Positions 38,670 through 47,115 of a stretch of DNA of 60,836 bases are shown in pieces. Both the position numbers and the translations under genes were made by a program. Under the pieces are notes generated by a model. That model had not been told where the DNA came from and searched no databases. It saw only the letters and a program-made list of their open reading frames with translations. Origin of the DNA: Chloroflexota bacterium (GTDB lineage Bacteria; Chloroflexota; UBA11872); the NCBI GenBank assembly GCA_034428595.1, contig DAOUHO010000041.1:1-60836 (forward strand). Direction: 5' to 3'. The number at the start of each line of letters is the position of its first letter. The stretch's first letter is position 1.

Positions 38670-40844
38670 GTGGCCAAAACGCGCCGGGCAGCGACCCCAG
38701 CGCCCCGCGCCCCACGGATGGAACGCTGGGACGCGCTGGGGCTTGTCGGAATCGTTCTCAGCGCGCTTGGCCTGACCGCCTTCATCGGTCTATTCAGCCG
38801 TGATGGGTTTGTCGTCGCCGCAAGCGGCGCGGCCTATATCGAGGTGTTCGGCCGCGCGGCATCGATCGCCGCGATTGCGTGCATCCTGGTAGGCCCCGCG
38901 CTGCTGCTGAGTGGAGTGCGGAAGCGAGCGATCATCGGACCGGGACACGTCGCCGCGGCGGTGGTGTTCGTGCTGGGGCTTGCCGCCCTGGTCGGCCTGG
39001 CGGCCCCGGAAGACGCGCTGGCGGCTGACAGCGGCGGCTGGATTGGGCGGTTCATCGGCCATGGACTCGCAGCGAGCGTGGGCGGGGCGCCGGCCTATGC
39101 GCTGCTGGCCGTTGCGACCGTGGCCGCGGTGGGCTACGCCCTGCTGGCATCCACCCACGGCGCGGCGACGACTCGGCTCACGGGGCGGCTGCTAATCGAA
39201 GGCGCCATGCACGTGGCGCGGATCGCAGCCGCCATGGCCTCCGCAACCAAACGTCGCCTTGGACCGATCTTCCGACCGCAATCCGCGGATAAGTCTCGCC
39301 GGGCGGCGGAACCGCCCGCGCCGGCGGCCGACTCGCCCGAAGAGGTCAATGGCTCGTCGACACCCGAAGACTGGCAACAAGGTCCGCTGATCCGCACCGC
39401 GCCCGCCGTGGCGGCGGCGCCGGCCGCCGAGGACGACGACGAGGGCCCGTGGACGCTGCCGCCGATGGATCTGATGCAACCGACACCGCCAGCGACCGAC
39501 GTTCCCGACGCCGAGATTCGGGCCAAGGCCCAGGTGATCGTGGATACGTTGGCTTCCTTCAACATCGATGCCAGCGTGCCGGAGGCGATTCCGGGCCCGG
39601 TGGTGACCCAGTACCTGGTACGGCCGGGCACGGGTGTCAAGGTGGCGCGCATCACCGCGCTGGCCAACGACCTGGCCCTGAAGCTGGCCGCGCACAGCCT
39701 GCGCATCGAGGCCCCGGTACCGGGCCGCCCCTATTTGGGCATCGAGCTCCCCAACGACGAGCCGCTGGTCGTCAGCGTGCGCGAGGTCATGGAGGCCGAG
39801 GCGTGGGTCGCGTCACGCTCCAACCTCAAGCTGGCGCTGGGCAAGGACGTCGCCGGCATGGTGCGCGTAGTCGACCTGACGGCGATGCCGCACTTGTTGA
39901 TTGCGGGGTCCACCGGCGCTGGGAAGTCCGTGTGCCTGACGTCGTTGATCACGGGCTTGCTCTGCCAGACCACGCCGGACGAGCTGCATCTGGTGTTGAT
40001 CGACCCCAAGATGGTCGAGCTGGTGACCTTCGACGGCGTGCCCCATCTGCGCATGCCCGTCGTGACGGACATCGAGGACGCGGTGCCGGTGCTCACGTGG
40101 GTCAGCCGCGAGATGGCCCGGAGATACCGCATCTTCAACAAGGCCGGCGTGCGCAACATCTCCTCGTACAACGCGAACCCGACCGAGGCCACCGACGGCA
40201 AGCCAATGCCCTATCTGGTCACGGTGATCGATGAGCTGGCGGACCTGATGATGACGGCGCCGGGCGACGTGGAGCGCTTGCTCGCCCGGCTGGCCCAGCT
40301 GGCGCGCGCCACGGGCATCCACCTGGTGGTCTCGACCCAGCGGCCGTCGGTGGACGTGGTCACGGGGCTGATCAAGGCCAACTTTCCGACCCGCATCTCG
40401 TTCATGGTCAGCAGCCAGGCCGATTCCCGCACGATCCTGGATGGGGCCGGAGCCGAGCGGCTAATCGGCCGCGGCGACATGCTGTTCGCGCCACCGGAGG
40501 GCGGCAAGCCCATCCGCGTGCAAGGCGTGTACACCGACGACGCGGAGATCAATGCCGTGGTCGATCACTGGCGCGCGCAGGGCCAGCCGCAGACGCTGAC
40601 GACCGACGATCTGCGGGACGCCATCGAGCAGGGGGACTCCGAGGAAGACGAGCTGTACGTGTCCGCGACGGAGTTGGTGATGCGGCACGAGAGCATCACG
40701 CCCGACCTGCTCAGCCGCGAGCTGCGGATCGGCCGAAGCAAGGCGCAGAAGCTGGCCATGCAGCTGGAGGCCGAGGGCTTTGTCGGCCCGCCGGAACCGC
40801 AGTCGGCACGGCGCCAGGTGCTGCAGCGCAGCGAGACGGTCTAG
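38670..40844 (+). CDS. ftsK: DNA translocase FtsK/SpoIIIE
   Basis: N-terminal TM helices, a Pro/Ala linker, Walker A LLIAGSTGAGKSV, VIDELADLMM, a HLVVSTQRPSVDV motor domain and a gamma winged-helix tail. AAGGAG lies upstream of the GTG at 38670. Confidence 0.9.
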   Translation: MAKTRRAATPAPRAPRMERWDALGLVGIVLSALGLTAFIGLFSRDGFVVAASGAAYIEVFGRAASIAAIACILVGPALLLSGVRKRAIIGPGHVAAAVVFVLGLAALVGLAAPEDALAADSGGWIGRFIGHGLAASVGGAPAYALLAVATVAAVGYALLASTHGAATTRLTGRLLIEGAMHVARIAAAMASATKRRLGPIFRPQSADKSRRAAEPPAPAADSPEEVNGSSTPEDWQQGPLIRTAPAVAAAPAAEDDDEGPWTLPPMDLMQPTPPATDVPDAEIRAKAQVIVDTLASFNIDASVPEAIPGPVVTQYLVRPGTGVKVARITALANDLALKLAAHSLRIEAPVPGRPYLGIELPNDEPLVVSVREVMEAEAWVASRSNLKLALGKDVAGMVRVVDLTAMPHLLIAGSTGAGKSVCLTSLITGLLCQTTPDELHLVLIDPKMVELVTFDGVPHLRMPVVTDIEDAVPVLTWVSREMARRYRIFNKAGVRNISSYNANPTEATDGKPMPYLVTVIDELADLMMTAPGDVERLLARLAQLARATGIHLVVSTQRPSVDVVTGLIKANFPTRISFMVSSQADSRTILDGAGAERLIGRGDMLFAPPEGGKPIRVQGVYTDDAEINAVVDHWRAQGQPQTLTTDDLRDAIEQGDSEEDELYVSATELVMRHESITPDLLSRELRIGRSKAQKLAMQLEAEGFVGPPEPQSARRQVLQRSETV

Positions 40845-40891
40845 CGCCTGTAGAGACGCCCAGGCGGGCACTCTTCTTGGGTTGCCGCGCT

Positions 40892-40916
40892 GGGCAGCCA
40901 CGAGAGCTGCCCCTAC
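40892..40916 (-). repeat. REP-like hairpin, family C
   Basis: gggcagccacgagagctgcccctac. Confidence 0.65.
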
Positions 40917-41046
40917 ACGGGCGTCCTACCACGAGGGGAGAAGAAGCCGGGCGCATTGACGCTGACGCGCTGCCCGGCTATAAGCGACGAAAGCGCCGGG
41001 CGTGCGCGACCTACAGCGGCGCCACAAGCTGGTGGAGGCTGTGCCG

Positions 41047-41982
41047 ATGACGCGTGACGAACTCCGGAAACTCATTCAAGGACCAATTGCGACGGTCCCT
41101 ACGCCGTTCGACGACGACTTCGAGGTCGACCACGGCTGCATGCACGCCGTCACCCAGTGGTGGGTGGAGCAGGGCCTGGTGAAGGGCGCCGCCGTCATCA
41201 AGGTGGCGGCGGCCATGGGCGAGGGCCCCATGCTGAGCGACGAGGAGTGGCCCGCGCTCTTGCGCACCGTGGTGCAGGCGGCCGACGACCGCGCGGCGAT
41301 CGTCTGCGGGCTCCACTACAAGGACACCAAGCGCACGATCAAGGACGCCAAGCGCGCCCAGGACTTGGGAGCGATGGCTCTGCAGGTGTGTCCGCCGGTG
41401 TTCAACCTGCCGAGCCAGGGCGACGTGATCGACTATTTCAGCGATCTTTCCGACGCCATCGACATCGGCGTCATGGTCTATCACACCCACTGGCTGCCCG
41501 GCGGTCGGATGGAGGTGGACACCCTGGACAAGATCGCGGACATCGACCAGGTGGTGAGCATCAAGTGGGCGGCACCCGCGGACGTCGACTACGACGAGAT
41601 GGCCCGCTTCACGGACCGCGTGAGCGTGATTGACAACGGCGGCGGGCCGATCCGCTGTCACCAGCTCGGCGGACGGGGCTACATCAACCTCACCTCGGAG
41701 ATTCACCCGCCGCACGACCTGCGCGTGTGGGAGCTCCTGGAATCGAAGCAGTACGACGAGGCGCAGACGCTGTTCGACTCGGTGAATGAGCCGCTGCGCC
41801 TGTTTGCCGAGCGCATGGATCAGCGGTCCGGCGGGCAGGGGCGGGTGAAGAAGGGGCTGATGGCGGTGATGGGCCGTCCCGTGGGGGCCTCGCGGCCGCC
41901 GTCGAAGCCCCTCAACGACCAAGAGCTCGATGAGCTCCGCGAGATCGTGCACGGCTTCGGGTGGCCGGTGGCGAGCGGCTAG
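41047..41982 (+). CDS. dihydrodipicolinate synthase family protein (class I aldolase or dehydratase, not the housekeeping DapA)
   Basis: From the ATG at 41047: MTRDELRKLIQGPIATVPTPFDDDFEVD.., DapA-fold length 311 aa. The bona fide dapA is at 32345. Confidence 0.75.
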   Translation: MTRDELRKLIQGPIATVPTPFDDDFEVDHGCMHAVTQWWVEQGLVKGAAVIKVAAAMGEGPMLSDEEWPALLRTVVQAADDRAAIVCGLHYKDTKRTIKDAKRAQDLGAMALQVCPPVFNLPSQGDVIDYFSDLSDAIDIGVMVYHTHWLPGGRMEVDTLDKIADIDQVVSIKWAAPADVDYDEMARFTDRVSVIDNGGGPIRCHQLGGRGYINLTSEIHPPHDLRVWELLESKQYDEAQTLFDSVNEPLRLFAERMDQRSGGQGRVKKGLMAVMGRPVGASRPPSKPLNDQELDELREIVHGFGWPVASG

Positions 41983-41997
41983 TGATTCGTCGGCTGT

Positions 41998-42020
41998 GTC
42001 GGGTCCCTTCTCCCCTGGTG
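41998..42020 (-). repeat. REP family A, half copy
   Basis: gtcgggtcccttctcccctggtg. Confidence 0.55.
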
Positions 42021-42066
42021 CGATGTCTGCAATAGCTGGTTAACACCCCACGCTCAAGCCTCGGAT

Positions 42067-42113
42067 CACCCTCACCCCAGCCCTCTCCCATCAAGGGAGA
42101 GGGCGCCGGAGGG
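42067..42113 (+). repeat. REP-like element, family B
   Basis: caccctcaccccagccctctcccatcaagggagagggcgccggaggg. Confidence 0.75.
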
Positions 42114-42119
42114 AGCCGC

Positions 42120-42163
42120 GTCCGGTCCCTTCTCCCCTGGTGGGAGAAGGTTAGGATGAGGGG
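42120..42163 (-). repeat. REP-like element, family A
   Basis: gtccggtcccttctcccctggtgggagaaggttaggatgagggg is the reverse complement of the 35706-35750 type. Confidence 0.8.
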
Positions 42164-42242
42164 CCGCGACGACCGCGCGGGGGGCACGCACGCTGGTCAA
42201 CGAGACTTGCGACCCATCACCGCGGAGACGGGAGGTATCCCC

Positions 42243-43190
42243 ATGCTGACCATCGACGAGGCCAAGGCGCGGCTGCAGGGTGTGGTCGTGCCGATCGCGA
42301 CGATCTTCACCGACGACGGCGCGGTCGATCTCGACGGCTTGGCGTCCAACGTGCAGTGGCTTATCGACCAGGGCGCGCGGCAAGGAAACACGGTGTTCCT
42401 GGCCGCGGGCTCCGGCGGCGATTTCACCGCGCTGAGCACGGTGGAGCGGCGCCAGGTGATCCAGACGATCGTGGACGTGAGCGGAGGACAGGTTCCGGTG
42501 ATGGCCGGCGTGCAGAGCACCGACATCCGCGTCGTGATCGAGCTGTGCCAGTTCTGCGAGGACCTGGGCGTGGATGCGGCGCAGATCAGCGCGGCGTACT
42601 ACTACACGGTGACGCCCGAGGACTCCGTGGCCTGGCACGAGGAAGTGGCGCGGCACACCAACGTGGGCTTCGCGGCCTACAGCCATTGGTACAGCGGGTC
42701 GAAATATGACGTGCCGGTGGACCTGATGGCGCGACTGGTCGAGCTGCCGAACACGATCGCGGTCAAGTGGGGCTCGCCGGACATGGGCAACCATCTCGAT
42801 GGGCTGCGCCGGTTCCTGCCGCTGGCCGCGGTGGTGGACAACTCGCCGCTGGTGGTGTTGGGCCACATCCTGGGCTGTCGCGCGTGGATCAGCCACGTGC
42901 CCAACTTCCTGCCGCAGCACTCGTGGCGCGTGTGGGAGCTGACGCAGGAGCGCCGCTACGAGGAGGCACAGCGCGTCTTTGACGAGTTCATGGTTCCCTA
43001 CGGCGAGATCATCGGCCGCATCGGCGCGCAGACGGCGGGCGAGGGCGTGTTCGTGAAGCCCTGGATGGAGGCGATGGGCCTTCAGGCCGGGGGCTCGCGG
43101 CTGCCATCGCGGGACGTTGCCGCGACGCCTGAAACGCATGCGGAGATTCGCGAAATTCTGACGCGGCAGCTCGAGGCCGTGCCGGCGTAG
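42243..43190 (+). CDS. dihydrodipicolinate synthase family protein (second paralogue)
   Basis: From the ATG at 42243 (GGGAGG upstream): MLTIDEAKARLQGVVVPIATIFTDDGAVD... 315 aa, DapA fold. Confidence 0.75.
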   Translation: MLTIDEAKARLQGVVVPIATIFTDDGAVDLDGLASNVQWLIDQGARQGNTVFLAAGSGGDFTALSTVERRQVIQTIVDVSGGQVPVMAGVQSTDIRVVIELCQFCEDLGVDAAQISAAYYYTVTPEDSVAWHEEVARHTNVGFAAYSHWYSGSKYDVPVDLMARLVELPNTIAVKWGSPDMGNHLDGLRRFLPLAAVVDNSPLVVLGHILGCRAWISHVPNFLPQHSWRVWELTQERRYEEAQRVFDEFMVPYGEIIGRIGAQTAGEGVFVKPWMEAMGLQAGGSRLPSRDVAATPETHAEIREILTRQLEAVPA

Positions 43191-43205
43191 GGTCGTAGTG
43201 ACCCA

Positions 43206-43231
43206 GGGGCGCCCACAAGGGACGCCCCTAC
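43206..43231 (-). repeat. REP-like hairpin, family C
   Basis: ggggcgcccacaagggacgcccctac; near-identical to 59895-59919. Confidence 0.75.
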
Positions 43232-43244
43232 ATGGCCTCGTCCG

Positions 43245-43271
43245 GTGTGGGGGCAGCCCTTGCGGCTGCCC
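43245..43271 (+). repeat. REP-like hairpin, family C
   Basis: gtgtgggggcagcccttgcggctgccc. Confidence 0.65.
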
Positions 43272-43353
43272 GACGGCGCGTGCCAGCGGTCACCAATTTG
43301 CATTACAATGTCATTCACAGTTTAGTTTGGCATAGCAAGAACAAGGGGCATGC

Positions 43354-43617
43354 ATGCCGGCCAATAAGCTGGTGCAGGCGCGCATTGACGGGGCGGTGAA
43401 AGAAGAGGCGGCAGCCGTATTGGCCACCATGGGCCTGACCGTATCCGACGCGGTGCGGCTCTTGCTGACCCGGGTGGCGCACGACAAGACGCTGCCGTTC
43501 GCCCCACTCACTCCAAACGAAACCACGATCGCGGCAATGCGGGAAGCCCGCGCCGGCGGCCTTGAGCAATTCGACAGCGTCGACGAGCTGCTCGACGACC
43601 TGCACGCGCCGGAGTGA
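43354..43617 (+). CDS. RelB/DinJ-family antitoxin (orphan; no toxin gene downstream)
   Basis: MPANKLVQARIDGAVKEEAAAVLATMGLTVSDAVRLLLTRVAHDKTLPF is a ribbon-helix-helix DinJ-type N-terminus. Confidence 0.75.
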   Translation: MPANKLVQARIDGAVKEEAAAVLATMGLTVSDAVRLLLTRVAHDKTLPFAPLTPNETTIAAMREARAGGLEQFDSVDELLDDLHAPE

Positions 43618-43619
43618 GC

Positions 43620-44110
43620 CAGCCCGAGCAACACGCTTGAGTTGCTTCTGAAGCGCCCCAGTCGTGATGCCCGGGCAGAGGCTCGCTCCAAGCTTCGAAG
43701 CTATATATCTAAGTGACCACGTTCATATAATTTTTTCAAGCAATTGCAGTGTGATGATCACAGCCATGACCAGTCGCCGGTCTATAAATATATTTACTAT
43801 CACGACCTTCCCCTTTCTCTTTTGCGGGCAAATTACCCAATCATGATGATACAGCCCCCTTGGTCCAATGTCAAGTTAAAAGTGTGGTCTGCCCCGGAAC
43901 AACCTCGCCTAAACCGGGCTCATCAGCATACGTTTATACTATGCCTATAGCGCCAGGATGACTTGCATGACGAATCTATCTTGCTTGTGAGGCTAGAATT
44001 CTTGAGCGATCCGTATTACAGGTGTCTATACGTTTAGCAAAACGAGTACTGCGGGAGCAGTTTCGAAAAGGAAGTTGCCCTTTCTAGACCACGTGGGTGA
44101 TGCCGACACC
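43620..44110. other. AT-rich (~40% G+C by eye) non-coding island between convergent genes
   Basis: There is a sharp compositional drop relative to the ~68% G+C flanks. Stops occur in all six frames, apart from two marginal 60-68-aa plus-strand ORFs. Confidence 0.8.
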
Positions 44111-44124
44111 TCGTTGGAACTCTT

Positions 44125-45177
44125 TTAAGGCAGCGGCAGGTAGACGCGTTCGCCGCTCCGGGCGGAGTGCGTGAGCGCCTCCAGGAACTCCATGTAGTGC
44201 TCGCCAGTGGTGAAGTCGGGCGCCAGGCCGGTGTCGCCGCCTTCGCGAACGGCGCGAATGAAGTCCGCCTCGACCTGCCAGCCGCCGCGCTCGTGCCCGG
44301 GAATGGGCACGTCCCGCAGCTCGGTGTCGTCAAGCGCGGCGTGGCGGATGCGGTCGTCGCCGAAGTCGTAGGTGAGCGTGCCGGCATCGCCAAAGATCCA
44401 CAGCTCGCTGGTGGGACCAAGATGCGCCGCCGCGGACCACTGGTAGACGAAGTCGGCCCCCGAGGCGAGCTGACCGATCACGCTGACGGAATCGGGAATC
44501 TGCACGTCCACGAACTCGCCGGTGGCGGGATCGCGCCGCTGGCGCGTGTAGAGGTCGGTGCGGGCCTGCAGCTCGACCGCGCGGCCGACCCAGCGATGCA
44601 TGACCTCGGCGTGGATGCCAACGGTGAGGACGTTGTTGCCGCTCTGCTCGATGTCCTGGCGCCAGTGCAGCTCGGGCTCGCCGGCGGTCAGGCTGGCGGC
44701 GAGCATGGTGAGCCGCACCTGCTGGACCGTGCCGACGACGCGTTCCCGGCGCAGCAGCCGCCGCATCGTGACTTCGCCGGTCATTCCAAAGGGTGGCGGG
44801 CAAATCGCCACGACAAGCTCCGGATGCCTGTCGGCAGCAGCCACCATCGCGCGGGCTTCGGCCAAGTTGCGCGCTATCCGCGCCTGACAGAAGACGTGCT
44901 TGCCGGCGTCGAGCGCAGCGACGGAAATGCGCGCGTGCATATACGGCGTGGTGCCGATCCAGACGACATCCACCTCCGGGTCGTCAATGACCTGGCGCCA
45001 GTGGTCGACAACGCGCGGAATGCCGTATTCCGCGGCGAAGGCCTCCGCGGACTCGCGGCGCCGGTTGCAGACGGAGACGATCTCGACTCCCGGGATCGCC
45101 TGCAACCCGGGCATATGTCGTTCGCGCACGATCCCGCCGGCGCCAACGATTCCGATTCGCACTACGTCCGAGGGCAT
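44125..45177 (-). CDS. Gfo/Idh/MocA family NAD(P)-dependent oxidoreductase
   Basis: From the ATG at 45177: MPSDVVRIGIVGAGGIVRERHMPGL... (Rossmann GxGxxG). The 574-aa ORF-track version is an extension that reads through a REP element. Confidence 0.85.
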   Translation of the reverse strand: MPSDVVRIGIVGAGGIVRERHMPGLQAIPGVEIVSVCNRRRESAEAFAAEYGIPRVVDHWRQVIDDPEVDVVWIGTTPYMHARISVAALDAGKHVFCQARIARNLAEARAMVAAADRHPELVVAICPPPFGMTGEVTMRRLLRRERVVGTVQQVRLTMLAASLTAGEPELHWRQDIEQSGNNVLTVGIHAEVMHRWVGRAVELQARTDLYTRQRRDPATGEFVDVQIPDSVSVIGQLASGADFVYQWSAAAHLGPTSELWIFGDAGTLTYDFGDDRIRHAALDDTELRDVPIPGHERGGWQVEADFIRAVREGGDTGLAPDFTTGEHYMEFLEALTHSARSGERVYLPLP

Positions 45178-45257
45178 TGTCGTCCCCACCGTCAGCATGA
45201 TCGACGCGGGCGCATGATGCCACGGACCCGGCCTGTGGCCGGATCCTGACCCACCGG

Positions 45258-45301
45258 CCCCCTCATCCCGGCCTTCTCCCACCAGGGGAGAAGGGGCCGG
45301 A
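45258..45301 (+). repeat. REP-like element, family A
   Basis: ccccctcatcccggccttctcccaccaggggagaaggggccgga. Confidence 0.8.
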
Positions 45302-45412
45302 GCCATGGCCCGCATACGTTCGCCCGCACGGTCGGAGTATCGTGAGGGCAGCGCGCCCCACCGAGTCACTTTGGTTTGGCAGGTGATCGCGGTGCGCCCG
45401 GAGGTGCCCGCG

Positions 45413-46786
45413 ATGACCCGCGAGAACGCCGCCGCCGACCCGCCCGTCGTACGGACCGGGGCAGCGCTGCCGCGCCTGTGGCGGGCGACCCGCGAGCGCT
45501 TCCTCCCATCGTTCGCGCACCCAAACTTCGCCCGGCTCTGGCGCGCCAACACCGGCGCCATGACGGCCCATTTCGTGCAGTTCCTGGCCCAAGGCTGGCT
45601 GGTGGTGGAGCTGACCAACTCGCCGTTCGCGCTTGGCCTGCTGTCGTTCTTCATGTCGTTGCCCATGCTGGTGCTGTCGCCGGTGGGCGGGCTGCTGGCC
45701 GACCGGCTGAGCCGACCGCGGCTGCTGATGTTCGCGCAGAGCGTGAACGGCCTGACGGCGTTGACCATTGGAGCCCTGGTGGCCACGGGCGTGATTGCGG
45801 TGTGGCATTTGGCGATCAGCGCCACGCTGACCGGCGCCATGTTCGCCATCAGCGTTCCAGCCCGCTACGCCTTGATCTCCGAATCCGTTCCGCGAGTCCT
45901 GGTGCGCAACGCCGTGGCGCTGAACGCAACGACCATGAACCTGGCGCGTGTGATCGGTCCGGCGCTGGCCGGCCTCATCGTCGGCGCGGCCGGCATCGCG
46001 GCGGCCTATTTCACCATGGTGGGCGGCTATGTCTGGAGCATTCTGAACGTACGGCGCATCGACTCCGACGATCAGCGACCGCGAGCCCAGGGATCGCCAG
46101 TAGCGATCCTACGCGCCGGATTTGCCTACGTCCTGGGTCATGGACCCATACGCTCGCTGATGGTGCTGACCCTGGCTCCCGCCTTGTTCAGCTACCCGCT
46201 CACCATGTTGCTACCGGCATTCGTGAAGCAGGACCTGCAGGCCGGCGTGCAAGAGCTGGGCCTGGTGACCAGCGCGCTGGGTGCGGGCGCGGTGCTCGGC
46301 GCCCTCGCCCTGGTCGCGGCGCCGGAAGTCCGCCGGCCCGGCCGGCTCGCCATCGCCGCCATCGTCATCAGCGGCGCGTTGTTCGTGATCCTGTCGTTTA
46401 CCCGGTTCCTCCCCTTTGTGGCGCTCGTCCTGGCGTGTGTGGGCATGTTCCAGGGGGTGCACATGGCGCTGACACAGACAATCGTGCAGCTGCTGGTGCC
46501 GGCGGAAATGCGCGGGCGCGTGATGGCGGTCTGGATGATCAACTGGGGGCTGATGCCGCTCGGCCTGCTGCCGCTGTCGGCCACCGCCGAACGCCTGGGG
46601 ACGCCCGTGGCCATGGCGATCGGCGGCAGCCTCAGCCTGTGCGTGGGGGTGTTCGTGGCCGTCTGGGGCCGCCAGCTGTGGGGGCTCACGGCGGCGGGGA
46701 TGCACGCGGCGGAGGAGCAGTCCGGCGCCGCTAGCGACCAATCCGAGTCTCAGACGCCGAGGGCTGAGGTCGCGGCGCCGGACTGA
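45413..46786 (+). CDS. MFS transporter (MFS_3/EntS-like)
   Basis: From the ATG at 45413 (GGAGG 8 nt upstream): FAHPNFARLWRANTGAMTAHFVQFLAQGWLVVELT... About 12 TM helices. Confidence 0.85.
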   Translation: MTRENAAADPPVVRTGAALPRLWRATRERFLPSFAHPNFARLWRANTGAMTAHFVQFLAQGWLVVELTNSPFALGLLSFFMSLPMLVLSPVGGLLADRLSRPRLLMFAQSVNGLTALTIGALVATGVIAVWHLAISATLTGAMFAISVPARYALISESVPRVLVRNAVALNATTMNLARVIGPALAGLIVGAAGIAAAYFTMVGGYVWSILNVRRIDSDDQRPRAQGSPVAILRAGFAYVLGHGPIRSLMVLTLAPALFSYPLTMLLPAFVKQDLQAGVQELGLVTSALGAGAVLGALALVAAPEVRRPGRLAIAAIVISGALFVILSFTRFLPFVALVLACVGMFQGVHMALTQTIVQLLVPAEMRGRVMAVWMINWGLMPLGLLPLSATAERLGTPVAMAIGGSLSLCVGVFVAVWGRQLWGLTAAGMHAAEEQSGAASDQSESQTPRAEVAAPD

Positions 46787-46893
46787 GGGGTTCGCCCGAA
46801 TATCCCGGTAGTGAGCGCCATTGAAATCCAAGTTCGTCATGCCGTCCCAGTGCCAGCGCACACCCTCGATGTGGCGGTTGACGAATTTGGGAT

Positions 46894-46920
46894 GGATTCC
46901 CGCGTTCGCGGGAATGACGG
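46894..46920 (+). repeat. repeat family E, short copy with TTCCCGCG-ttc-CGCGGGAA hairpin
   Basis: ggattcccgcgttcgcgggaatgacgg. Confidence 0.6.
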
Positions 46921-47115
46921 ATTCACGGTGACCTACGACCAACTGCGGAGCGTCTACCCAAGCCGTTGGCCGATCCCGCCGTCAAGCCCCAGGAGCCGCG
47001 CGGGCTCCGGAAAACTGCACAGGCTCTGCATCGCGCCTGCGGGGTGGATTGACAGACCGCCTCTACCGTCAATGTCGTGAGCAAATGCCCTCGCCTGACG
47101 GCAAGGAGGATGTGG

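Noticed and set aside
43664-43846. 60-aa ORF (GTG start) in the AT-rich island as a real toxin gene.
   Set aside because: It has no SD and no family similarity I can recognise, and in ~40% G+C DNA its length is only marginally unexpected. I keep it as a hypothesis in the island finding rather than as a feature.
45178-45849. N-terminal extension making the oxidoreductase 574 aa.
   Set aside because: It reads through REP family A (peptide PSPLVGEGRDEG) and overlaps the MFS gene antisense. The Rossmann fold begins right after the ATG at 45177.
46787-46942. Minus-strand peptide PKFVNRHIEGVRWHWDGMTNLDFNGAHYRDI downstream of the MFS gene, looking like a gene fragment.
   Set aside because: It is short, begins inside a family-E repeat (VIPANAGIH) and then runs antisense into the MFS gene. 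I could not tie it to a family. It is possibly a relic but is unsupported.
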